From: Lytechinus pictus
Taxonomy: Eukaryota
Direction: 5' to 3'
NCBI RefSeq assembly: GCF_037042905.1
Contig: NC_087245.1
Coordinates: 29,018,001-29,082,000 of the forward strand
DNA: 64,000 nt
The position numbers and the translations under genes are program-made. Positions 47,385 through 60,711 of this stretch are shown here, one piece after another (position 1 is the first letter of the stretch; each line of letters begins with the position of its first letter). The notes under the pieces are model-generated. The model searched no databases, was not told the origin of the DNA, and saw nothing but the letters and a program-made list of their open reading frames with translations.

Positions 47385-50300
47385 CTGTAAAAACAAAATA
47401 AAATGGGTGAGAATAAAAATCACCAAATATTTAGTAGATAGCTCTTACCATGACTTTTCATTTCCCTTTTGAAGCATTGCTGACCCCTGTCTATAATTGA
47501 ATGAAAACTCTTTGCCATAATTATTGGAAGCCAAAACTAATTATTGTTTTACATTATATGTGTTTCTTATGATAGCTGTATTCTTTCCCCATACTTGAAT
47601 GGCGACGGAAACCCAGACAAAAGTGTGAATGATCGAGCACCAATTGTGCCGATAAATAGAATATCTACTGTTAAAGATTAATGTTAAAAGTAGCTACCCA
47701 GAGTTAAACCACAACTTAAGAAGAAATCAAAATACCGTAAAAAAAATGTTTCGAGCCTATACTATATTTAGTTGCTAATTATCTTATTATATAGGCCTAT
47801 CATTTTTAGGATCAATATTCAGATAAGATAAACTTTAGTATCCCGTCGGACTTCCATTTTAAACCCATACATTCAATAACAAACACTCTAATGAGAAGAA
47901 ATTTCTTCCCCAGAATGGCAGGACTATACTGCCTATTTTGCCATCTGCCAAAAATTGCCAAAATTGAAGAAGAAGAAGAACAAGAAGAAGAAGAAGAAGA
48001 AGGAGGAGGAGAAAGAGAAAGAGAAGGGGGAGGAGGAGAAGGGGAGTAAGAAGGGGAAGAAGAAGAAGAAGGAGGAGAAGAAGAAGGGAAAAAAGAGGAG
48101 CAAGAAGGAGCAGAAGAAAATAAGAAAAAAAGTAGAAGGAACCTTAGAAGGAGAAGAAAGACGAAAGTGAAGGAGAAAAAATAAGGATATGAACTTAACA
48201 TTTATACGAGACGAAATATACAACTTGATATAAAGTAGACATACAAATAAAAGGAGAAAATTAAGAAGAAAAAGAAAGGGAGAATGAGGAGAAAACAGCA
48301 GCTACACAACTACATTCAATACAACCAATAACAACGAAAACATAGAACAAATAGAAAATCATATGGGGGGGGGGCGAAGAGAGGATTCGACCCTCCTCCA
48401 TAGGCTGCGTAAAATTCGAAATTCTTGAGGGGGTGGGGGACACGTCCGTTCTGAATATTTGTTGAATATTAAGGAAAACGTTGGGCTACCATCTCTACCA
48501 ACATGCGAACTCGATGTAGATTTCCGTGGAAGATAAACATAAACATCAAATGAGAAGTGACATGCATTCTGGGACTATTCCATTGTAAACATTTTCCTGG
48601 ACATACTGTGGACTTGTAGATATGAAGAACATCGAAGGAAAGTGCAGATTCGAATCTATGACCCTCGGACAGTGAGCATTAAGGCAGTCTTACCACTGGA
48701 CCTCGTACATTGATCAATGTGCCTGTATGAGAAAGGTTCTATGAACAGGCAACTGTTTAAGGCCTTCTTTACCTGCCAGTCGAGGTCTTCAAAATTGACG
48801 AACATGGATTTGCGTTTGCAAAGCCGCTTCCGTTTGCGAAGTCGAGCGTTAAAATCTGAAAAAATGGGAAACAAAAAGTGCACACGAATACAGACAAATA
48901 CTATTTTCACATAGATTAAAGTTTTGAAATTGGGTGTGGTTTTTTGTTTGTTTGTTTGCTACGGGTTTACCTGCCAGTCTAGGTCTTCGAAATTGACGAA
49001 CAAATTCTTTCGTTTACATTGCCAATCGCTATTTCGAGATGATGCACTATCTGGATATGAGAGGGTGAAACGTAAAAAAAATGAAATGGAAGAGAAATAA
49101 ATAGGTGAAATGGAAAGGTGCTGTAAATACATCTAAATACTATAGACTACAAAGAGGGAAAAGGTATACAAATATTGACTTTACATGAGGGCAATAGTAA
49201 AAAGTATTGCCCCGAATTAAGCTTGAGACCATAGGCCTACTACCCCCAACCCCCTCCACGAGACTTGAAGTCGAGGGAAAAGGTAGGCCGATTATCAAGT
49301 TCATTGAGGGGTATCAGTTTTTACTATTGTCCGAATAAGAGAGTAGTCACTATTTGCTTTATACACCAATCATTTTTTAAGCAGGGTAATAGTAAAAACT
49401 ATTGCTCTGTTCAAATCATGTCAATTAGTATATAAATAAATGCTATTTAAAAAAAATCATGCAAACCAATGGAGATGAAATAAGTAAAGATCGGGATATA
49501 AATACGGATAAATGAATGAGATTGGCGTGATCTCGAAAATCATGCAGATACACTGAACATGATGAAAAGTATATAAAATAATGAATAAAGAGAAAAATTG
49601 AATAAATATACCCATAAAAGTAAATGAATCATGATAATTCGGTTGGCAATAAGAACTGAAATTGAGCAATGAAATGTTTCATGTGGCATGTAAACTGTCG
49701 ATTGACAAAATCATAATGGAAGGTGACGACGGGGTATTTGGCAAAGCTCAGTCACACCAAGAAAACGAATACCAGTCCGATCAATTTCATTAATTCATGT
49801 GCAATAACATACCATCGGTCCGATCGTAATCGGTCTCTTTGATGTGACCGCCGCATTAGGAGGCAACATAATCCAAATGAGAATTGATTTAAAGGTCAAG
49901 TCCACCCCAGAAAAAAGGTTGATTTGAATCAATAGAGAAAAATCAAACAAGCATAACGGAGAACAGTTCATCAAAATAGGATGTAAAATAAGAAATTGAT
50001 GACATTTTTAAGTTTCGCTTATTTGCACAAAAGTTATATGCACAAATCAGGATCATGCAAATGAGAGAGTAGATGATGTCGCTCACGCACTACTTATTCT
50101 GTGTTTTAGTGTTTGAATTATTAGATATTATATTTTCTTCACAGATTTGACAAAAAGGGCCCTCTTGATTGAACCACAAAATGATAAAACAATGGTAATT
50201 CCACATGTTCAGGGAGCTGGAATAAAATTTTCTGTCACATGACAATGATGATAAAATTCAAATAGGCGTATAGTTCATATTTGATGAAATAAAATACAAA

Positions 50301-53300
50301 AGGAATAGTGAGAACGTCATCACTCTCCTTATTAACTTTCTGACCAGGTTGTGCATTACTATCTTGTGAATTAAAAGCGAAATTCAAGCTGTCATAACTT
50401 TCTTATATTTTACAACTGATTTTGGTTAATTTATCAGTCCTTGTTTGATTTCTCTCTTTTTCATCAAATCATTTTTCCCATTTGGGTGGACTTCCCCTGC
50501 TAATTTCGGATACAAAAATTAATGATATGATTACTGTTTCTACACAACAATTCGCAATTGTATTTTAGATATCAAAACAATGCCATATTATAATTGAAAT
50601 ATGATTCTCATAACAAAAGAAGTGGTGATGTGGTGAGAGGGGGTAAACATCTAAAAAGGCCACATATACTTGAGAGTATAGACCAATTTCAATTACATAT
50701 TTCATCCTTGTGATTGATTAAAATACGTGGGAAATTATCTAGAAGATAGCACGAATTGCCATTCAAAAACAAGAGCCCAAAAGTATCAAGGATATTATTA
50801 ATCATTACAAAACAATTGTACTAAAAGAGCAGGTATTATAGCTCGGTTGGTATACAGCAGTGGTCTCGGTATTCGGAGACCCGGATTCGATACCAAGTCG
50901 ATGAGCAATTGCCCTTCGGTTAATAGGCAATCATCCTCATTACAACACTCCAACAATAAAAAAATAAAGGCGGAAAGGTTGAAGGATCGAGGAGTGACGG
51001 CGTTTCCCATCTTTATCAAAAACGCTGTCACTCCTTTGCCCTTTTAAAGGATGATTTACCCCCTATTCACCCTTTATTTCTTCTTTTTTTAAGAGTGAAG
51101 GTGCTTTGGAGAGGACGTTAAACCATCAATCATCTGCTTACTAAATGCTAAAAAATAACTATACACACTTAAAATGTTAGGCAACATACTGTCCACTGTG
51201 TTGGATAATGTATATATACAAGTCATACATATGTTCTGGGCAATTATTATCCAATAATTGAGCACATTTATTACCCAATAATTAGTTTTAATTACCCAAT
51301 TTGGACAGATTTTAACCAATAGTTGTGTGGAGAGTATGCTGCCCAGGGTTGGTTAAAAGTTGGGCATTTTTAGCCCAATTACATTACACTCCTCTCGGCG
51401 TGAAGCAAGGGACTAGTCCTCATGGAGTTAATTTTTGCATCTTTTGAGAGTGGATTTTTACCTCTGATTGGAGTTAAAGGCCCGAATTCTTAAAGGGTGG
51501 CTAACTTAACCCGGGCTAAGTGTCTTCAAAGAAGCACAATACTCACTAAGAAAAGGTCCCTAGTATCACTCCAAGAAGAGTGTCATTAGGGACTAGATTA
51601 GCTCTTTTTGCATTTAAAGATCACTGACAAGCATTCATGCTTTCTTAGCAATCAGGGGGTGTTTTTTTTTTTAAGTACAGCCAATCTCTGCGGTAGACAT
51701 CCCACTTACCTCTGGATGTGACATCATTATCCGTGTCGGGTTTTCTGGGCCTCTTCCCGCTTTTCTTTTGTCGGCTCGCTGCTCGACGACTACGCCTGAG
51801 ATGGGATGAAGTCGCCGCAACCACCTCCTCGTTGCGCTGGAAGAAGACCACCATGAAAGGCTCTCGACCCTCGTTGTTACCGACACCAACCACCCCTGCC
51901 TCGGTGGGATCAATATCCAAACCTACCAATAAGAGATGAAGAAATTTATGATGATGATGATGACAGTAATAATAATAATAATAATAATACTACTACTTAT
52001 ACTAATACTACTACTACTACTAATAATAATAATAACATCAATAATAGTAATAATAATAATAACAATGCGATCCTTAACTTATAACTAGAGTGAAGATTTC
52101 CTATTGAGAAAAAGCGAATTTGTATTTTGATTCGTTGTACATGGATATGATTTTATGATTATGATGATGGTGATGATGCAGATAAAGATGATAATGGTGA
52201 TGATGGTGATGATGGTGATTATGATGATTGATCATTTGATAATGATGATGGTGATGATACTGATGACTCTTGATGATGACTATAATGACGGTGATGATGA
52301 TAACTTTAATGATGATGATGGTGATGGAGATGTCGATAGTCATGATGGCAGTGATTGTAAAGATGAAGATTATTTCGGTGGTGATGTTGATGATTATTTT
52401 ACGATGTAATTTCATTTTAAACCTACCAGTAAACAAGGCACGTGCAATATTGTGTCTCGCCCATGCAAGGAAAAAATATGGTGACATTTTAATTAAAAGC
52501 AATTCTGTACTCCCTAATAAACAATATCTCAATAAACAAACGCGTTAAGAAAGACTAATTAAGACCCACAGGTAAACTTTAAGCATGATCTAAGATGCAT
52601 GAGCTTATTGAGCTTCAACCCTAGCATAGTGTTCTGCCAGTGTATCAATATCCCAATTTTGTTGCAAACAAATACATGTTACATCATTGCATCTTCTTGC
52701 TTTTATAAGTAACCTTTTCGTTAATATGAAAATATCTTCAATGTTTTCTCCCAAAATAGTGTTTCAAACGCAATCAGCGTAAACAATTCTACGAAGCAAA
52801 CAAAGTAAAATAGGGCTTCCATCGAACTAATCTATGATCAAAATAGCATCAAAGGCTTAATGATATGTTTTAATCCTTTAAAGACATGATGCCTCATTCG
52901 CATTTTTCTTATCTTTTTTTTTATTACTGTTGTTTTTATGGCATGGTAAACAGGTTATTAGTAGATATAGAGATATTTCAAACATAAAGATAGTTAAAAA
53001 ATACAGACACTATAATAATCATTACCATAATTTTCATTACTATTATTATTTTTATCATTATTATCATTACTATTATCATCATCATCATTATTATTATTAT
53101 GATTATCATAATTATTATTATTATTACTGTTATTATAATTATTATCATTATTGTTATTATTATCATTATTATTATTATTATTATCATCATCATTACTGTT
53201 ATTCTCATTATTGTTTACCATGTAGTATATCACTTCATTAAAATATAAACTACAGTGATATACATTATATGAGTACAAACAACATCTCGATAATGACGAT

Positions 53301-54829
53301 GATGATGATGATGATAATAATAACTTCTCAGATCCGTCCACTGATAAATGTTCAAATTTTTGCGTAAGGAACTTAAGTCTGTAGAGAGTTTGATTTACCT
53401 AAACGACACATAATAGGAGATTTTAGCTCCACGACATACGGACGGTTCAAGAACAGGGATATGTATTTTCAAAGAAGTCTTTATCGAAAATCGGTGAAAA
53501 TTTGTGAATCAAGAGAGAAGCTTCGTCCTCGACTCTGAAAAAAGACGACTTATTTGCAATTTTGCGTCGGCTTCAAAAGTTAGGACAAGAAAAGTATTCC
53601 AGTTCACCAATTTTCGACAAAGACCTTCCAGCTGTTCATTGTCATTTTAATAGGCATTCTTAATACATTTACTGTGTTCTTGAACTCTTCGTACGTCGAG
53701 GAGTAAAAACTCTCTATTGCTACATCCACACTACCGAATCCGACTCTAAACCGACCGATGCTGCAGTGTCATTGCTAATGATGTAATATCTTTGTCGGTT
53801 ATGGAGTGGGTTTTACCGGTGTAATTGGGGATGCTACATAATATTACTGACATGGTATACCTTGTAAAGACTCCACGCGGAGCTGCAGACCCACGTTAGC
53901 TCCTGGATAAGTCCTCCATGTACTCGTGGCTGACGTCATATCAAAGACCAACCATCCATGGTCCCCCGGACCGACAATGGTACTGTCAAGATATACATGT
54001 GACCGGGATCTGCGACCACAAACAATGGAGAAATACTGTATCATGTACATTGGGAAAACATAAAAGTTTTTTTACTCTATCGCTTGTATTTGCTCTTGTT
54101 GATTGTGCCTAATATCACTTACATAAAGGGGGCCTTCTCCTAAATAATCTGATACCGTTTTCATGAGTTTACGCTTGGGTGAATCAGGAAGTACTTTCCT
54201 AATGTGATTTGATATTCGACTTCGGCCTTCAAGCAAAAGTAATGAGTGATTGCAATCAATGAATCTAATCAAGCCAGATGTCTTTCAAGTAATAATTACA
54301 ATACAATTCATTGCAAAATGCCTCTTCGATCAAATGTTAACCTATTCTTCAATTCATTCATTCATTTATTAATTAATTTAATAATGAAATAATTTATTCA
54401 TTTGTTTGTTTATTGATTAATTATTTAATTCATTTATATTATTCGTATAACCCATTTTCATGAATGTCGGGTATTGCTTGGATTATAACTTCATGGACAA
54501 CTTTATCATTGCCGTAATTCCTTTCTTTGTAATGAGAATAATGAGATGAGGAATTGAAAAGCACGTTTTGCTGCATCAGGGACGTCCCCGGTTGATGGGT
54601 AAAATGTAAGAAAATGTCCTAAGAAGAAGATCACAACGAACTCACCCATCACTGCCCCGTTCTCTAAGCTGGAGCACATCTATTCGAAACAACGAGCTCC
54701 CCTGTCCGCGTGAGTCGCGAAAGACGCGCAGTTCAGCTGACGTCACCGTCTCACCCTGAGGTATCCTACCGATGTCGAATCGGTATCGATGTACTCCGTG
54801 TCGTGCAATCGCCGTGTCTTTGTAGTGAA
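47124..54829 (-). CDS. BMP5-8: BMP5-8 (DVR1/60A-class TGF-beta ligand), 3' part: exons 54646-54829, 53861-54009, 51710-51922, [48971-49050 or 48773-48855], 47124-47384
   Basis: Prodomain motifs [17 protein letters not shown] and PFMVVFF; furin site RRSRR; seven-cysteine knot with [21 protein letters not shown]...[12 protein letters not shown]...PCCAPTKL...[17 protein letters not shown]; consistent GT-AG phases. Confidence 0.95.
47966..48180. repeat. (GAA/GGA)n low-complexity tract in BMP intron
   Basis: Seen directly. Confidence 0.9.
48773..48855 (-). CDS. BMP5-8: BMP5-8 duplicated alternative exon B ((D)[27 protein letters not shown])
   Basis: Strong pyrimidine tract ctttttgtttcccattttttcag, donor CAG|gtaaag, same phases (1 to 0) as exon A, open frame. 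Confidence 0.78.
48971..49050 (-). CDS. BMP5-8: BMP5-8 exon A ((D)[26 protein letters not shown])
   Basis: cag acceptor, CAG|gtaaac donor; resembles the sea urchin DVR1/BMP5-8 sequence as recalled. Confidence 0.92.
49893..50498. mobile_element. Kolobok-like MITE copy, diverged
   Basis: TTAA|AGGTCAAGTCCACCCCAG start and family arms. Confidence 0.8.
51710..51922 (-). CDS. BMP5-8: BMP5-8 exon with end of prodomain, RRSRR cleavage site and basic mature N-terminus
   Basis: [13 protein letters not shown]...EPFMVVFF...[32 protein letters not shown]|gtaag. Confidence 0.94.
51948..52400. repeat. (GAT)n/(AAT)n/(ACT)n microsatellite tracts
   Basis: Seen directly; source of spurious poly-M/D/H ORFs. 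Confidence 0.9.
53012..53212. repeat. (TAT/CAT)n microsatellite
   Basis: Seen directly. Confidence 0.95.
53861..54009 (-). CDS. BMP5-8: BMP5-8 prodomain exon
   Basis: [49 protein letters not shown]; phase 2 to 1. Confidence 0.93.
54646..54829 (-). CDS. BMP5-8: BMP5-8 prodomain exon
   Basis: [38 protein letters not shown]...; cag acceptor, gtgag donor. Confidence 0.93.
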
Positions 54830-55922
54830 CTGAAATATACACAAATACAGAAATCGATAAAAATTAGTGAACTGATTAATATTTGAAAATTTGACTGATT
54901 TCGGACTCATTCGTTTCTATTCATCCTTTACCTGTATATATTTAACAACCCCCCCCCAAAAAAAAAAAATTCTAGTGTGATGGATGGTCCGAACATGACG
55001 ACAATCATACATGTAGAGAGAGAAACAAAGATGAAGAGGGTAATTCGTTTCATGAAGTTAATTTTAAAAAAGAAATTAAACTTATATCGATGAAACTATC
55101 GGTTACAAATGCTGACATCAAAGCCAAGTGTCCATTATTCATCATTCTAAAGTATAAAGAATACAAGCTGCAGATTTCGATTTTTTGTTCATGAGGGGGG
55201 ATTCATTCTAAATAGAATTTTGAGTGGACAAAATGCAAGACAAGGATGAAGAAAAGGAAACTGAAATGAACGATGAGAGTTTGTTTGAGTGAAAGTAAAT
55301 GTTCATGAACTAAAAATGCAATATTAATCTCAGAAGAAAGAATAACTTGAAGCAAGTAAAACTTGTCAAAGTTGCAATATATAAAATCAAACAAAACTCC
55401 ATTGACAAATTAAAGTATTGGGACCAAAAAAAATCCGACAAGGGTCTCGTCATTATATCCGCGTCCTTGCACACTTGGTGGCGCTGTTTATGTTTCATGG
55501 ACACTGCCCACTGATCTGAATCAGTGACACTGTCACGTCTTTTCTTCTTTCTTTTTTTCCCTTTATTTTGGTGGTTAATGTACACAATTTTAAAACGTCA
55601 GATCGCAATTTAAGAAGCGAATAAAATTAAACGCATCCTTGATATTCCGAGTGCTTTGAGTTTGAGTAGAACGAAAACAAAAGTCATATACGTTCAACTG
55701 CCCGGCACTGTTACACACTAAAGGTCACACGGGCCTAATTACAACTGGCAGTAAAAAAATATTCATTCGACCCAACCCATTCTAATTTTTTTAATTTGAT
55801 ATTGCTGATTGACAAAAATGAATGAATATGATTGACAATCTAACACTGATTCTAGGGAGGGCACCTACTGAACTTCTTTTTTCCAAATTGGAAAGATATA
55901 TCACCACTATGGAACTATGACA

Positions 55923-55968
<46 letters not shown>

Positions 55969-57470
55969 TCTTCAAGTTCGTCAGGGGGGGGGGGGGGGGG
56001 GGGGGGCAAAAAATGTCTTTCAAGCTCGTCAGGGGGGGCAGGGATATGTTTTTTGTATGGGTTGTGGCTCGTCAGGGGGGGCAGAATGCCCCTGCCCCCC
56101 CCCCCCGTAGGTACGCTAGTGGGCGTCTGGCTATACATGGAGAGTCCGGGGTTAGATCCCCGGCCGCGGCACCTATGCCCTTGAGTAAGGCATTTAAGGC
56201 ATTTAATCGACAATGCTATTTTATCATGCATTCAGATAAATGGAAATGCTATATACATTATTGGTAACTCGGTGTGCATTTGTTTAAAAAAAATTATATA
56301 CCTATGTTTCTATCTACCTACAAGTACCTATCTATTCATTTATCTTTCTATATATCTTCTAACTAAATTATTCTAGGCCAAGTATAGAGTTACCTATACT
56401 TATGTAATCATCATCCATCTCTATTTATATTTCTTTCTATCTAATTTCTTCCTGAATTATTCTAGACCCAATATAAAGTTATCAACTCATCTAAGTTAAC
56501 CATTCATTCATTTATTCATTCATTTATCTATCTTCCTCTTTCTCTGACTTTTCTGTTCTATTATTCTGATCCTATACTCTGTATTTCCCCCATGCGTATT
56601 CCTTTCCTTCTTTCAGAACTTTCTTCGTTATTTTCCCCTCCTTTCACCAAGTTAGTAGCTATCGGTTATATCCCATGAGGTCACCCGACCCTGCACCGGT
56701 CTCTAATGATGAAATCGATACACACTCCATAATATCCGACGAAATCCCAGGCCGTTTCAAAGCGTTTTATCTCATGTCCGAACCGAGTTTGACTTATTCG
56801 TCAAGAATAGCCCATAAACTTTTCAACTCCCATTTCATTCTATTTCTAACCCTCTACTCAGAGGTACATCGAAGCTGTCCTAGACAAAAATATAGGCCTA
56901 CCGTATTGCAAATCAGTTAAATTTCAAAGAATTTCTCTACGAAAACGGCAACCCCCGCAGTGGCGCAGTCTTAGAAATATAGGTCGTCAATCTTTGCACT
57001 TATCTCCATGATCAAGGTGTACGCATAAAGATGTAAATTATATTTTAAAGATTATAGGTGCCGGCCAGATTGCGTTAAAAATGCTGCTTATTGCTATATT
57101 ATTTTTATAGCAAGACCAATGGGTGGATCTCAGCTCTGCAAGACAAGAAAAGGGACACTATTTGTTTAGGCAAAACACTTAACATCACATACGGAGGGTA
57201 TTCCCCCCCCCCCAAAAAAAAAAAAAGTGGGTTGCATGGGGGTTCCGCGGAGGGAAACGAGCGCCCATCCCATCGGATCCGTGCCGTGTTACACCTTATC
57301 TAGATATTAATTTGATGTACGAGACCGCTGTAATATACTTGATCAGAGTTGGAAGAAAACTCCCATCTATCATTATCAGGGTAGGGAATTGTTAGTGAGA
57401 ATTCCCTGACCAGGGTATGACACGAATTCTACCGACTGCGTCATCAGACAGATGACAGGAGACGAGAACC

Positions 57471-57750
57471 TAGGCAAGGCAAGGCGTCAATCCATGCAAA
57501 AGTTTCCACACTCCACCCAGGTGTTAAATGGGTACCCGGTAGGACGCGAAAGCCTATGTAGTTTGCCTAAAAACAACTGAGTCTTGGAACTTTTGTTGGA
57601 ATGCTCCCAGGGAGTGGAGAATGTCCATACCTGTACATTGTGTGCGGGCATGCCAGGATCCGATGACCGGGGTAATAATAATTGTAATGCAAATCATTTA
57701 GAAACAAAGAGTAATGAGCGCTATATAAATGTAACTATTATTATTATTAT
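57471..57750 (+). mobile_element. SINE copy (5'-truncated)
   Basis: GGCAAGGCGTCAATCC, CACCCAGGTG..AATGGGTACCCGGTAGGA, GCGCTATATAAATG and (TTA)n tail shared with 6220-6503. Confidence 0.78.
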
Positions 57751-60428
57751 GTTGTAACCACAATAATCCACTATATTCCCACAATCACTCATCACTTTCT
57801 CTGACAAATAACTTCATCTCTGTAATCATGGATCCTATATTTACTTACTAAGGGCACTGACCATGCGTATTACGTAATCATCTGAAGGTGATCATGTTCA
57901 ATATGACCCTGACTCTTGCAAGTCGTCAAAATATTTACGTTTCACTCTCCAAAAGAATACAATATCCCTACTTCTCCCTATTGAAATGCCTCCATTGTTA
58001 TCAGAATCTTAACAACATCCACGACTGCAAGAATTGAGAGGGAAACCGTATACGGCTTTGAAGAGAGTGGTTCGACTTCCCTTGCTGCGGAGAAAACGAT
58101 CGAGTTACAATTGTAACGTCTGTTATCCAGCGGGAGAGAAAGGAAGCCCAGCAAAGGACCTTGCTATGGAAAACCCCCGAAGAATAACAGTTTATGGAAC
58201 GGAAGGAATCCGCAGGAATATGCTGTCGGAATATTTTCTTGTGGCCCACATACATCTCACAGAGGGACTCCACATGAGAATGATTCTTGAGTGTAAGGTG
58301 TCTGGGAATGCATGTAACCTTAGGTACAAGAAGACCTCGAGACTGACTAGATAACGTTGTTTTTTTCATTAGTGTATCGGTGGGGTTGGGGGCAGGAGAC
58401 CCCCTTCCATTTTTTTTTCAATATCAAATGATTACTTTTGTTAACATCATTATTTATTTACTTCTGTTTTACTTATTCCATTTTATTCATTTTTATTTAT
58501 TTATTTATTTATTTATTTATTCATTCAATCATTTATTTCATTTTTGTTATTTTCTTTTTACTATAAGTTATATCATGTTCTTCGAAACGGGGGGGCCTTC
58601 ACCCTACAAGCTCTGCTTTTAAGTCGGTCTCCTTCCCTTTCGATCTTATGTTATTGTAATGAATTAAAGTGTTATGTGTTGTATATATGCAAATTGAACT
58701 ATCATTAGTAAATATGAAAAGATTGAAAGAGGAAAATAAATGAATTGAATTGAATTTAAATAAAAGTCTGACACTACAATAGTCAATATCACGATGTTCA
58801 TTGGGTCTTCAACTGATCTGGCATATTAAATGGCAAATATATGTCAACGTCGAAAGGGAGTCCATAATAAAGGCTCGCTTCACTCGCTTGCATATGATTT
58901 TGCAGCAGAAGTAAATCAGATCAAAACGAAGCCCCTCAGAAAATATTGTATCATTACGCCATTGACTTTGTTTGATAAATAGTAACTTGATGAAATTAAA
59001 GTGAGCTGAATACACAGAACATTCAAATTAACAAAACAATCCCCGATAGCATATTTCCTGCAAGAAAAAAAAAATACTTGTAAAAACTGAAAAAGGGTTA
59101 TTTAACAGTCCACAGCCATATACATGTATAAACAGTCCACACATCTTATGGGCGTTGCGGCGTGCGCCCGTAATCCAAGCTAAATTTGGGGAGATAAAAA
59201 TATGATGCAGAGGTTCGAGGCTCGAGCCGCCGTCACGTCTTTCGGATGGTGACGTTCAATTTCGATCCCAGACGTGAATAATACACCTCTGTTGCCCCCA
59301 CCAGGAAATCTGACAAGCTAACACGGAAAAAACTTATAGCAACCCAAAATTGCGTAACACTTTCTGGGGGCGGGGGTGGGGGCGAAATATCCGCGAGCTG
59401 GCTAATATGTATACGGCCGTGTGACCCTGTAAAAATCGAATTGGTGTGAACGCACCTAACTGGAAGGCTGATATTATGTACATTGTACTATTTTACAATA
59501 GGCATACAAGTAGACAGTTTCTCATTACAGTGGCCCGAGGCTAGGCATGCAGGTATCACATCTGGGTTTTTAAATCTCCACCAGCACCGTCAAGTGATGT
59601 CTTCATTTCAATTCTAAAATGGCGCATATCAGAATCTGGTGTTGAGTCCACAAGTAGGAAATATTGTGAGTCACTAACAAATCCCCGATCATACTCGTAC
59701 TACAAGTAATACATGCGTTTACCCAAACTAGGAATCTATCAATATTACATTATTCATACGGACTTTTTCGTAAATCTATGTTTTTATTATAAATCACCAA
59801 GAAAAATTATTTACAGGAGATTGGCAGGATAAAAAAAACCAAAACATAAAATAATATATTATGCACTTTGATATAACCAATACCATGTATGTAAGGACAT
59901 AAAAGCCTATCCACCTTCCAAATACCTGCTCTGAATACAAGATTTCAATTCCTCCCATTTTTTTCTCCCGGGACCTGTTACACAAAAGTGAAAGATTTAT
60001 CGTATGCTTGATTTTCACGATTGATTGTACACTACAGTCACTGCAATCAATAGTTTTTAAATGTCCTACAGTACAATGATTGCTAAGCTTTGTGTTAAGG
60101 GCCCCTGATCTCTGAAACTACGAGCAACACTTCGTCATGATTCCAAATTAAAAGTAAAAGTGAAAAAAAAAATGGGAAAACGAAAAAAACACTTGTAACA
60201 TTCTCATAGGTCCTATTCAACTTGGGTTTAGAATTTAAGTTGACAACAAAATCACCCCGCCCCCCCCCCCCCCGCCAGATTTTAAATCATCGCAAAAGGC
60301 AAAATGTGGAGAAAATTTGAATTTGATTATAACAGACAAATGGGGAGGCAACCGGGACCAGATGGGGGCCGGGGCGATTGAAGCGTTTACCCTCGTCGCT
60401 TTATTTGTAGATACGCCACTGCTACCTA

Positions 60429-60620
60429 CACTCTTAAAATGTTGGGCAACATGCTGTCCACACAACGATTGGTTAATTTTGTTTGCAACTCTGGGTAGTT
60501 TTCAACCAATACTGTGTAGTTTTCACCCAAAGCACACATTATTGGTTTAAAACTACCCAGAATTGGATAAAGTTTTAACCCATTGTGTAGACAGTATGTT
60601 GCTCAGCATTTTTAAGAGAG
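60429..60620. mobile_element. TA-flanked MITE (relative at ~51165-51385)
   Basis: TA|CACTCTTAAAATGTTGGGCAACAT ... ATGTTGCTCAGCATTTTTAAGAGAG|TA. Confidence 0.75.
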
Positions 60621-60711
60621 TAAAGATCCATAAACATGACAAAGGCAAGTATATCACCTATATCGGTTTTCCAGGAAAATAGGCCTATTTATGATACTTC
60701 ATGTACTTTAA

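Noticed and set aside
48826..48846. Canonical furin site in exon B
   Set aside because: The arginines are spaced by two (R-L-R-K-R-K-R), so no R-X-X-R occurs; retained only as a possible weak KRKR site.
52101..53341. ORFs rich in poly-M/D/H/N/Y (also 28812-29255, 39580-39801, 47812-48223, 62701-63051)
   Set aside because: They are translations of trinucleotide microsatellites.
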